A stretch of 64,000 nucleotides of DNA from the NCBI GenBank assembly GCA_963514005.1, contig OY740781.1, positions 99,386,001-99,450,000 on the forward strand. Direction: 5' to 3'. The DNA comes from Raja brachyura (Eukaryota). The notes under the pieces are model-generated. The model saw only the letters and a program-made list of their open reading frames with translations, was not told where the DNA came from and searched no databases. A program made the translations under genes and the position numbers. This document shows, piece by piece, positions 34,020 through 45,620 of this stretch. The stretch's first letter is position 1, and each line of letters begins with the position of its first letter.

Positions 34020-35895
34020 TTAGTTGCTTATTTGTTCAAGGTTTTAGGCAGTATTCAAACTTTCAACAGGAGCACTGGTGCAATCTTTGGAGATCTGTGT
34101 GGCCCCTTTAATCTTACCTTTGTCTGCTGAACTGCATCACTCTGATTCATCCTGCTGAGCTCTCACCCATAACTTACCTATCGAGGATTTATATGATTCA
34201 GACTGGATTATTTAAAACACCAAACGGAAGCCCAACTTGACTCTAAAATGACAGCAAAAGGAAATTCAATCCTAAACTTACTTTGGACTTTTAAACTTTG
34301 GACTTTTAATACAATATATATCTTTTAATCCAGATTTTCTAATTTTAGTTCCCCTATTTTCAGGACTGAAGGGAGAAGATATGCAAATCAATTAAGGAGT
34401 CATCAAGATCTCATTAACCTGATGATGTCCCTTTGGAATCCCAGCTGCATAAACTATAAATGTATCATCAATAAACTCTGAGCAAATATAAAAATAAATT
34501 AACCTTATATTAGAGCTTGCTTCAATAAGAAAAAAAAGCATTATGGTCTCATCTTGTTTGTTCGCCGGTTTCGTACGGACCTATGTAATGCTTTTGAGAC
34601 GTTTATTCAAATACCGCCACCAGAACCTGCAACTTCAATGATGATGTAAAATGGACCTTCCTTAATGCATCAGGTCCAATTTTATTTTTATTATTGAACA
34701 TCATGCCGTTTTGGCTAGTTAATCAAGTAAAGCTTTGGAGTTATTCTAAAATGTATTTTGAATTAATGTTTGCAGTGAAAGTGTAAGCTACTTGGTGCAT
34801 CCAACTTAGCCTTTAAAGCCTTTAAAGTCAGTTGTAATCTCAGATGATATATTAATCATGTATTATTTTTCCTAGAGTTCGAGCAATAAACATTTCACTT
34901 CTGAATTCATTATGTTGAGATGCGTTGATCTTTTCTTGCCAGTTAACCATCGTGAATTAACAAAATCCAATCTGAGAAATGTGCTGACACCTACAAAAAT
35001 AATTAATAAAGCTTGTGAAAGGACAATTGATCAGCCTCCCAGTATTGATCTGATGGACAGAAGTCACTCTGCACCAAAGTGGCATAACCCCACAGGTTCA
35101 ATGCAAATTGGAGGAAGAGCACCTTATATTTCACTTGGGCAGCTTACAACCCAGCAGTATGAATATTGATTTCTCTCATTTTCAGTAACTCTCCATCCCT
35201 CCCCCACTCTATTCATCCTATTACTTTCAATGGTGTCCTGCTTAGTTTATTGTTGGTAACCCCTCGTTATCACTTCTTCCACAGCCAACAATAGACCATT
35301 GTGGGCTCCACCTTTCCTTGATCAACCTTGCTGGCCCTGATTTGTTCTTTTCATACCTTTCATTCTTTTTTTTCTTTGTACCTTTTCATACCTCTATTTT
35401 CCCTCTCCCCTGACTGACAGTTTTAAGAATGGCCTCGACCCAAAACATCACATATTCCTTTTCTCCAGATATACTTCCAGACCCACTGAGATACTCCAGC
35501 ATTTTGTTCTTCATGGGTTCTTCATTTTGTAACGTATTTCAATCATAGGTCACACAAATTAAATTAATAAACTATCTCAAAATGTTATTCTGTACAGTAT
35601 GATCCACTGCAGAAAAAGTAGCTTATGAATTTAATAAAACGTTATCACATCTGGTGATAATTCAGTTCATGCTTATAGAAAAGGTGTACATATGTGAGAG
35701 TTCCAGTTCAACTCAAAGGTTTTTTATGTAACAGCATCGCATCCCAGTACCTGTAGAACAATCTACAGCAAACCAATAAAGCATTCAGATCTTTAATGAA
35801 AACAATTGTCACCAGTGAGCTCCTATAGGTATCCATGGTGGATCAAAACATTACCTTTGCATTTTGGCATGGAGAATGAACTTAGCTCTTCTTGT

Positions 35896-35987
35896 GTACA
35901 CAAAAGGCTGGAGAAACTCAGCGGGTGCAGCAGCATCTAAGGAGCGAAGGGGATAGGCGACGTTTCGGGTCAAGACCCTTCTTCAGA
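35896..35987 (-). mobile_element. 92-bp PLE-derived insertion with an intact hammerhead core and a 15-bp TSD
   Basis: cttagctcttcttgt at 35881-35895 and 35988-36002. Confidence 0.85.
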
Positions 35988-36639
35988 CTTAGCTCTTCTT
36001 GTTACTGAAGGCTGACATGAAAAATATGTTGACCTGTATTGAAAGGAAATTTGGGTGTAAGAGCAAAGATCTCACTTCAGTTACTTGGAGTCCCTAACAG
36101 ACAGCACCTGGTATATTGTGAACAGATCGGGTTGCCTCCGGAGAATATGATTGTTATTAGCTGGGACAGAGAATATAAGAACTAGGGGGGTATGGCACGG
36201 ATGCATTGGTTGGAGTACTCTCTGTTAGCTGTGGATTAACTAATCTTTTCTATTGAAAAAAGACACAAAGTACTGGAGTCACTCAATGGGTCAGGTAGCA
36301 TTTCTGAAGAAAACAAATATGTGGGAAAAGGATTCTGTTCTGTTTTTTTGGAGTGGAAAAGGCTGAGGGGGTCCTGACAGAGGTGTATTCCTGGCATAGT
36401 GACTTTACTCTATCAATGAACCATTGCTCCTTCTGAGATTTACAAGCAGACAACACCCATGGTCAAGATTGAACTGTGAGGCAGCAACTACCGCTGCGCC
36501 ACTGTGCCCCCTGTCTACTTGATCAAGACCTGTAAGGAAATTTTACATTTCAATGAGACCACTTCTCAACGAGTCATTGAGCCTCATTCTAATAGATTTT
36601 CAAGAACATAGTTCCAATTGCCACTGCTCCTTCTGTCAT

Positions 36640-36875
36640 TTGTCTGTATGGAGTTTGTATGTTCTCTCTGTGACCTGAGTGGATTTTCTCCAAGATCTTT
36701 GGTTTCCTCCCACACCAAAGACATACAGGTTTGTAGGTTAATTGGCTTGGTGGAAATGTAAAATTGTCCCTCGTGTGTGTTGAGTAGTGTTAATGTGCGG
36801 GGATCGCTGGTCGATGCAGACACGGTGAGCCGAAGGGACTGTTTCTGCGCAGTATCTATAAACTAAACTAAACAA
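36640..36875 (+). mobile_element. V-SINE (5'-truncated)
   Basis: V-domain and (taaac)n tail. Confidence 0.8.
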
Positions 36876-37189
36876 AACATGATGCTCTGAATAAATGGTA
36901 TATATACAGTAACGATAAATATAACAATAAATAAAATGACAAGTGCAAAATGCATAATGGCACAAGATTGTAGTTGAAATATGAGAAGTGTTTGACCCTC
37001 CACTTCCTTAGATTAACAACTAACTCTTACATCTTGCTGACCTTAAGAGCATTGCTGTTAATTGTGTACAGTTTTGGTCTCCAAATTTGAGGAAGGACAT
37101 TCATGCTATTGAGGGAGTACAGCGCAGGTTCACGAGGTTGATTCCCGGGAAGGCGGGACTGTCATATGAAGATAGAATGGAGCGGTTGA

Positions 37190-37600
37190 TACAGATAGAT
37201 AAAGATAGATTTTATTTGTCACGTGTGCCAATTGGCACAGTGAAATGAAGTCACCATACAGCCAAAAATAAAGAACACAACACAGAGTAGACAGAAATTC
37301 AACATAAAACATCCCCTCACAGCAGGATCAAAATTTCCCACCATGAGGGAAGGCACCAAAGTCAGTCTCTTCCCGATGTTCCCCAATGTTCACCCATGGT
37401 CGGGGCCTTCCCCAGCCCTCCGCTGTCACCGCTCCGGGCGGCCCGATGTTCAGGCCCGCTCCCCGGGGTGATGTAAGTCCGATGTCGGGTCTGGGGGACG
37501 TCCTCAGCGGCCTGGACCCTGAGTCGGCCCCCTCCTACCGGAGTCTGCGGCTCCCAAAGTCCGCAGGGTGCGCCGGGTGGAGATTCAACGCTGGCCGAAA
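37190..37600 (-). mobile_element. GC-rich retroposon related to 20864-21726
   Basis: The reverse complement carries the gccttccctca...tgaggggatg stem-loop, AATAAA and a (tatc)n-like tail. Confidence 0.6.
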
Positions 37601-39925
37601 GGAAGAAATATCAAATAAATATTACTGCAAATCGATCTGCAGTAAGAGTAGTAACCTCGGAGAATTTGGAGATTGGAGAAAATGATCTTCCAAATGGCAT
37701 TCATAGGTTATTGTTGCAGTCTGCTTTTAATCAGATTCAGATCTCAGCCCCCAAAAAAACTAATTTGAAACTCTTCAGTTTTTTTAATTAGTACAACACT
37801 GAACTCCGCCATACATACCCCAAACCACAGTTTCTTCCTTGTTAACTAATTTAGCACATTAAGGAATCAATAGGCTACAAACCATCACACATGCAGCATT
37901 GCAAACACATTTAATTCTGCCACTAATTAAGTACAATACCACAAAATGTGGCAAATAAACAAACACTTCTATCTAAATCATTATCAGCTATTTCCACATT
38001 GCTCTCACTCTTGTAATTGGGTAGCTATTAATTAGCATCAACCTTATTCAGAAAACGCCCAAAGGAAATCACACATTACTTGCAAACAATTTATTCTCTT
38101 GAAATAAACTGAAAGAATACCAAATGCAAATATTTCAGAAGAATTGATTTGATTCAAATCTGAGTTTGATTTGAAACAACCATCTTATTTACAAGTGTAT
38201 TATTAGCTATTTCACATTGAACCTCTATCCCCACTAACCTTCATCTGATTCCCATGATTGCTGAATCCTGCCTCCAGCAACCAACCAAAATAACAGCAGA
38301 TCATTGGCACTATTATCACCCCCTTTAAGTTTTGTTCCAACCAGCCACTTCCATCAAAACGTAACTACACAGTAGGAAAGAAAATATCACTATAAAACAC
38401 AGCAAGCACTTCTGAAAAATTTGCAATGTAACTTACAATGTTTTACTTTGCAAATACTAAAATCATGCCTCGTCAGAGGTCTGTTGGAGATTGCAATTTC
38501 ATTTTTTTCCAGCACATTTCTCCTCTCTTTTGTCAGTGTCATCTGGCTGTGTTAAACCAAGTGTTGTATCGCTGTGTTAATCACATTGGAGGAGACCTGA
38601 AAGAAGTATATAAAATGATGAGAGACACAGATAAGGCAGAGCGTCAAAACCATGTTCCCAGAGTGGACATAGAACATAGATAGAACACTACAACAAAGGA
38701 ACAGGCCCTTCGGCCCACAAAGTTTGTGAAGAACATGATGCCTAGTTAAGCTGATCTAATCTGCCTATACATGATCCATTTCCCTCTATTTTCTGCACTT
38801 CCACATGCCTTTCTAAAAGCCTCTTAAATGCTACTATTGTATCTGCCCCATGGCAGTGCATACCAGATGCCCACTGCTCTCGGCGTAAAAAACTCGCCCT
38901 GCTCATCACCATTAAACATTCCCCCTCTCACCTAATGTGCCCTCTGGTGTTGGACATTTCCACCCTGGGAAAAAGGTTCCAGAGAAAACAATCCAAGTCT
39001 ATCCAACCACTCCCTGTTGTGGAAGCCTTCTAATTGAGGCAGCATTCTGGTAAACCTCCTCTGCACTCTAAAGCCTCTACATCTTTCCTGCAATGGGGCA
39101 ACCAGAACTATGCATAATACTCCAAATACAGTCTAACAAAAGTCATATACAGCTGCATCATAACTTCCTGACTCTTAAACGTTAAGGACTAGAAGGCATA
39201 CAGTAGCTTTAAGGTGAGAGGAGCAAGATTTAAAGGAGAGGTGCGGGACAAGCCCTTAACACAGGAGTGTGCTGCCAGAGATGGTGATGGAGCCAGACGG
39301 CTTTGCATAAACACAAGGATATGGAGGAATATAGATCACACGCAGGCAAAGGAAATTAGTTTAATGTGGCATCATGTATGCAATGGACATTGTGGGTCGT
39401 AGGACCTGTTCCTGTGTTGTACTGTTCTTTGTATGTTTTATGTATCCAGCAACAGAGACATAGGTGTTTTCAAGGAACAAGGTGCAAATGAAACCTCATA
39501 ACACAATTGCACTCACAGCACATGCCAGTTTCATGGTTCATCCCTCACAGTTATTCTTCCTGCTGATTCTGGTCAGAAAAATAAAAATCCTGATTTGCTG
39601 AGAACAACCACATTTCCCTTGATACGAACTGAACTTTTTCTCAGTGACTGAAAGTTGTATTCTTCTGCTGTGGTGATAGAGCTGTAAAGTCAAGGGTTAG
39701 TTAAAGATAAAACTGACTGAAAATGCAATCACATAGCTATTAAAAAAAGTACTCACTGTCTGGAGAGCTTGGCGAACTTGTTCACTGATTTCCTGCTTCC
39801 TACACTCGAGGCACATCTCTCTGGCTTCGGCTGAACCTGCTGAACTGAACAATTTTGCCAACAGGATATTGTAAATGGTATAGATCCATTAAGGGAAATA
39901 TGGCAACGCTTCTGATTATTCCTGC

Positions 39926-40237
39926 TTTAGTTTAGTTTAGTTTAGAGATACAGCACGGAAACAGGCCCTTCGGCCCACCGAGTCCGCGTTGACCAGCGAT
40001 CCCCGCACACTGACACCATCCGACTCACACTAGGGACAATCTACAATTTTACCAAAGCCAATTAACCTACAAACCTGTACATCTTTGTAGTGTGGGAGAA
40101 AACGGGAGCTCCTGGGGAAAGCCCATGCAGGTCACAGGGAGAACGTACAAATTCCACACAGACAAGAGTGAAGACAGGATTGAACCTGGGTCTCTGGCGC
40201 TGTAAGGCAGTAACTCTATCACTGCACCACCATGCCG
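39926..40237 (-). mobile_element. V-SINE (HE1-like)
   Basis: (tttag)n tail, V-domain and tRNA-like head. Further copies lie at about 46020-46312, 49455-49762, 51957-52286, 53560-53730 and 60225-60470 (all -). Confidence 0.85.
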
Positions 40238-40454
40238 CTGTAAGCTGTATGTGTGAGATGGTGGTAAATGAGCACAGGACTGGTTTGGATAGGGTACCAC
40301 ATGCTCGTAACACTCTTCAAATGCTCAAGGTGAAAGACATACCCATGTATATGCAGCCTGGTATATCACAGCAAGGTGACATGAGAAAGAAGGGAAATGT
40401 GCTGAAAAAAGAAGTTACAAATATATATGTGTAATAAATATTGAATATTAAGTG

Positions 40455-41260
40455 CTTATATTTCCTTTGTTGGGAAGATTTTAGAGTCCATTATTAAGGA
40501 TGAGGTTTCTGAGTACTGAGAAATACATGATAACATAGGCCAAAGCCAGCATGGTTTTGCGAAGGGGAGATCTTGCCGGACTAACCTGTGAAATTCTTTG
40601 AGGAAGTAAATAGCAGGATAGACAAAGGAGAGTCTGTGCACAGTATGTTGTTTACTGGATTTTTAGAAGGCCTTTGATAAGGGGATGCACGTGCGTCTGC
40701 GAAACAAGATGAGAGCCCACAGTATTAGAGGGAAGATACTAGCATAGATAGCTGGTTACCTGGATGGCAGAAGGTGAAGAGTGAGAATACAGGGGGCTTT
40801 TTCTGGTTGGCTGCCAGTGACAATGTAGTGTTCCACAATGTTGGGTCCACTGCTTTTCATGTTGTATATTAATGATTTGGTTGATAGAATGGATGGCTTT
40901 GTGGCAGTTTGCAGATGATATGGAGATAGAGGCAGATAGTGTGGAGGAAGAAGAGAGTCTGCAGGTTGGGAGAGCAGGCAAATATGTGGCAGATGGAATA
41001 TAGCATAGAAAAATGTGCCGACATGCAATTTGGTAGTAGAAATAAAAGCATAGACTATTTTCTTAATAGGGAGTGGATACAGAAATCAGAGGTGCAAAGG
41101 GATTAGGGAGTGCTGGTGCAGGATTCACAAATGTTTAATTTGCAAGTTGTATTGATAGTAAGGAAGGCAAATGCAATGTTAGCATTCATTTCAAGAGGAC
41201 AAGAATATAGAAGCAATAATGTAATACTGAGGCTTTATAAGGCACTGGTCAGACCACATA
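40455..41260 (+). mobile_element. Degraded CR1 RT fragment
   Basis: agccagcatggttttg, ttttagaaggcctttgataag, tttgcagatgata and the LYKALVRPH peptide. Confidence 0.8.
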
Positions 41261-41794
41261 TCTTTGCCCTCATGAATTATACTTGCTCACTGTACGTTTA
41301 GGTTTAATTCCCTTCAAGCTCTTGTTTATCCCAGAACTGACAACTTCCCTCCAACCCTTCCCCAACTGAAATGTCCATCCCTTCATCATTGGCCGTTTTT
41401 ATTCTCCCCCGTACCTCATGCAGTGTTATTTAATGAAAAGCAGAGATGACAAACTGTTCTGTAATTGCAGAACTATTACACCATGTCCAGCCTGTTATTT
41501 TTCTGCCAATGCAGGTGTAGATCTAACTTTCCTCTGCCTGACATGCGTAGCCTGGTAATGGTATGAAAGCAATGCAAAGTCCTAAGCTATTTGTTCACAC
41601 CATAGCTCCAAACAGCACTGCAATTTGAATCACTCTGCCACATTGCATGGAGCATCTGGATTAAACTGTGGAAATTAGTTCCCTCTGATAGAAGAAATAT
41701 CTCATCACCTTACTTTTAAATGGCCCTCCCCGTATTTTGTAACTTCCTCCCCTTGTTTATGACTCTCCCACCAGTGAAAACTTTCGATCTCTAC

Positions 41795-42855
41795 CATCAT
41801 GGGATCCAAGGAGAGATAGCTGAATGGATCGCAAATTGGAAGGAAGCAGTGGGTGATGGTGGAAGGATGCTTCTCGGACTGGAGGTCTGTGACGAGTGGT
41901 GTGCCTCAGGGTTCGGAGTTGGGCCTGTTACTGTTTGTCTATGATGAGAACATACAGGGCAAGATTAGCAAGTTTGCTGATGATACAAAAGCTAGTGGAT
42001 TGGCAGATAGTGAAGATGATTGTGAAATATTGCAGCAGGATCTGGATCGATTGACCAGGTGGACTAAGGAATAGTTGATTAAATTTATTGCAGAAAAGAG
42101 TGAGGTGTTGCATTTTGGGACGTCGAACAAGGGCAGGACCAACACAATAAATGCTAGGCCTCTGGGTAATGTTGTCGAGCAGAGGGATTTAGGCGTACAA
42201 GTGCATGGTTCCTTGAAGGTCGAGTCACAGGTAGATGAGGTGGACAAAAAGGCTTTTGGCACTTTAGCCTTCATCAGTCAGAGCATTGAGTATAGAAATT
42301 GGGAGGTCATGTTGCAGTTGTATAAGATATTGGTGAGACAGCATTTAGAATATTGTGTTCAGTTCTGGGCACTATGTTATAGGAAAGATATTGTCAAGCA
42401 TGAAAAGGGTTCAGAAAAGACTTACCAAGACTAGAAGGTGTGAGCTATATGGCGAGATTGAGTAGGCTAGGTCTCTATTCCATGGAGGCAGGAGGATGAG
42501 GGGAGATCTTATAGAGGTGTACAAAATCACGAGAGGAATAGATTGGGTAGATGCACAGTCTTTTGCCTAGATTGGGGGAATCGAGGACCAGAGGACATAG
42601 GTTCATGGTGAAGGGGAAAGGATTTAATAGAAATCCTAGGGGTAACTTTTTCACACAAAGGGTGGTGGGTGTATGGAACAAATTGCCAGAGGAGGTGGTT
42701 GAGGCTGGGACTATCCCATCATTTAAGAAACAGTTAAACCGGTACATGGATAGTACAGGTTTGGAGGAATATGGACCAAGTGCAGGCAAGTGGGACATTG
42801 TTGGCCGGTGTGGCCGAGTTGGGCCAAAGAGCCTGTCCAAAACTGTATCACTATG
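41795..42855 (+). mobile_element. CR1 RT and 3' end
   Basis: GVPQGS, KFADDTK, LEYCVQFW and FFTQRVV peptides. Confidence 0.9.
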
Positions 42856-43976
42856 ACTTTATCCCCTGATCATTTTAAAGTTATTCTTCTAAACTCTAAG
42901 GAATACAGACACAAACTCTCTGAGCTTTTTTTGGTTGGACAACCCTCTCAACACAGGGATTCTACTGGTGAATCAGCTTTGGGCTGTCTCCAATCATACA
43001 ATATCCTTTTGTATAGGGAAGGAGAGATTATTTGGCGCGTAAATTGATAGTTAGGATTCAGCTAATGCTGAGCATTTTAGTATTGTAAAAGTGAAGGATG
43101 TAGTAACAAAAATGCTGATCTCTTCATCCAAACCTAGGCATTCTAGGCCTGACCTTATCCATCCAGAAATGAACAGACCCTTCCACCATTGTAATACATC
43201 ATCAAACTCCAACTCTTTTAACAACAGTGTTACATCCGATTAATACACAATTTCAAACCATCTCAGATATAAAACCAGTTGAAACAATGGTGACAGAACC
43301 CTATGGAAATTCTCACAATGTTACACGGCAATTTCTAAGACCATTGAAATGGGAAGTCCTGTCATCATCTGCTTAGCTACGAAGTATGCAGGACTGCATA
43401 TATTACTGTTGAAGAGTGTGGAAACTGACATATTGGTGGAACGGTGTGACAGCAGAAAGATCTTTATATTAACAGATGGCTGGCAGGCCATTATAAGATT
43501 CGAGTTCAGTCAAAAGATTTATTTGATGTATTCTTCCCCCTGAATAAACAATGACCCTGTGCACTCTCCTCAGCTATTTCTGAGCTGATCTAGCTTGGGA
43601 ATTTTAACCTTTAATTTCTATTTGCCAGTAGAGTTTTTTCAAAATTTGATTTTTAGTTATCTGTTCCCATTTTCTCCTTCCATGTTTCAACCTCCTAAAT
43701 AGAAAGATTTAGCTTCACAAACATAAATATCAGCATGGCTGCCTCTAGGTAATCCAACACCTGAGATGTATGAAAAACTCTCCCTATTGCCCAGATGATA
43801 TGAACTTAGAAAACTGACAAAACGTAGTAAATATTCAGCAGGTCAGGCAGCACCCATGGAGATAAAAACTCCAGCTACTGGAGACACAACAAACCGCAGA
43901 TGCTGGAATCTTCAGAAAAACACAAAGTGCTGGAGGAACTCAGCATGTCAAGAGTCAAGAGGGTTTTATTGTCATA

Positions 43977-44168
43977 CTAGACCAAGGGGGACCCATTGCG
44001 GAAGGGGGGGGAGGGGGAGGCCTTCGACATCACACACACACTAACCACCTCCCACACACACTAACCCCCCCCCCTGATATTATATTAACATTATTAATTT
44101 GCTCCTTTTACCCAATCCCCCGCCCTATCCACTCATGCATAGCCCCCAACTGCGCAGGCGCGGCTAGA
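43977..44168 (-). mobile_element. Helitron 3' fragment
   Basis: a|ctagaccaag...cacacactaaccacc...gatattatattaa...catagcccccaact, matching 9728-9950. Confidence 0.8.
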
Positions 44169-44861
44169 AAAAAACAATAATGAAGGCAATCACAAGAGAT
44201 CAAGTGACCAAAAGGACAATGGAGCAAAGTAAAAGGGCAATGGCAACAGATCAAGTGAACGGTCAAAAGCCATCTGAAAGGACATGTAGGTGATGTAGGT
44301 GATCAGAATCATTACCAAATGTGTAATATTATGGGAACAGAGGTTGTGATCAGAACTTGTTAAATGCATTGATCAATCCAAAGGTTGCAAGGTGTTGTTA
44401 ATAAAAGGCAAGGTTTTTCCTCCTTGAGTTTTCATTGACCTTCACTCAACCATTGTTCGAAGCAGAAGATAGCTATATGAGTGGGGAGTGAGGTAATGAG
44501 TGCAAAATTCACTATTACTGTGCACACAATCATGAGAGGAATAGATCGGATAGATGCACAGAATCCCTTGCCCAGAGATCCATACGACATAGGTTTAAGG
44601 AGAAGGGGGAAAAATTTAATGAGGACATGAAGGGTGACTTTTCCACACAAAATGTGATGGGTATATGGGATGAGCTGTCAGAGGAGAATTTTTGAGGCAG
44701 ATACAATAGCAATGTTTAGGAAACATTTAGACAGGTACATGGATAGGACAGGTTTATAAGGATATGGGCCAAATGCAGGCAGTTGGGGCTAGTGTAGATA
44801 TGAAATGTTGTTTGGGGTGGGCAAGATGGGCCGAAGGGCTTGTTTTCCATGTTATGTGACT

Positions 44862-45620
44862 CCACGCACACCCCCATCGATATTAACGGGACAGAGATGG
44901 AGCGTGTTTCCAGCTTCAGGTTTGTGGGGGTCAACATCTCTTGGACCCACAATACCTCAACATTGATGAAGAAGGCTCACCAGCATCTCTTCTTCCTGCG
45001 GAGACCAAAGAAGGTCCGGTGAACTTCAGATTCTGGTGAACTTCTACCACTGCGCCATCGAGAGCATCCTAACTAACTGTATCATAGTATAGTATGGGAA
45101 CTGCTCTGTCTCCGACCGGAAAGCACTGCAGAGGGTGGTGAAAACTGCCCAACGCATCACTGGTTCTTCACTCCCTTCCATTGAGTCTGTCCAGAGCAAG
45201 CAATGTCTGTGAAGGGCGTGCAGCATCGTCAAGGACTGCTCTCACCCCAACCACAGACTGTTTACCCTCCTCCCATCTGGGAGACGCTACAGGTCTCTCC
45301 GTTGCTGGACCAGCAGGTTCAGGAACATGTTCTTCCCTGCGGCTGTTACCCTACTTAACTCTGCACCTTGGTGGTTGCCAGTCATCCCCCCCCCCCCCCC
45401 ACCCCGGACACTCCTTCTCCCAGTGACTAATCTCCCCCCCCACCCCACCCCCCCCCCCCCCACCCCGAAATTTGCACTACTGCTACTGTATATGCATATA
45501 TATATTTTACTGTTCCATTATTCTGTGTTCGCACTTCTGGGTGAGATGCTAACTGCATTTTGTTGTCTCTGTACTTGTACACTGCACAATGACAATAAAG
45601 TTTGAATCTGAATCTGAATC
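44862..45620 (+). mobile_element. Rex1/Babar LINE 3' fragment
   Basis: HTPIDINGTEMERVSSFRFVGVNIS...KKAHQHLFFLRR peptide, then FYHCAIESIL. AATAAA plus (gaatct)n tail. Confidence 0.85.
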
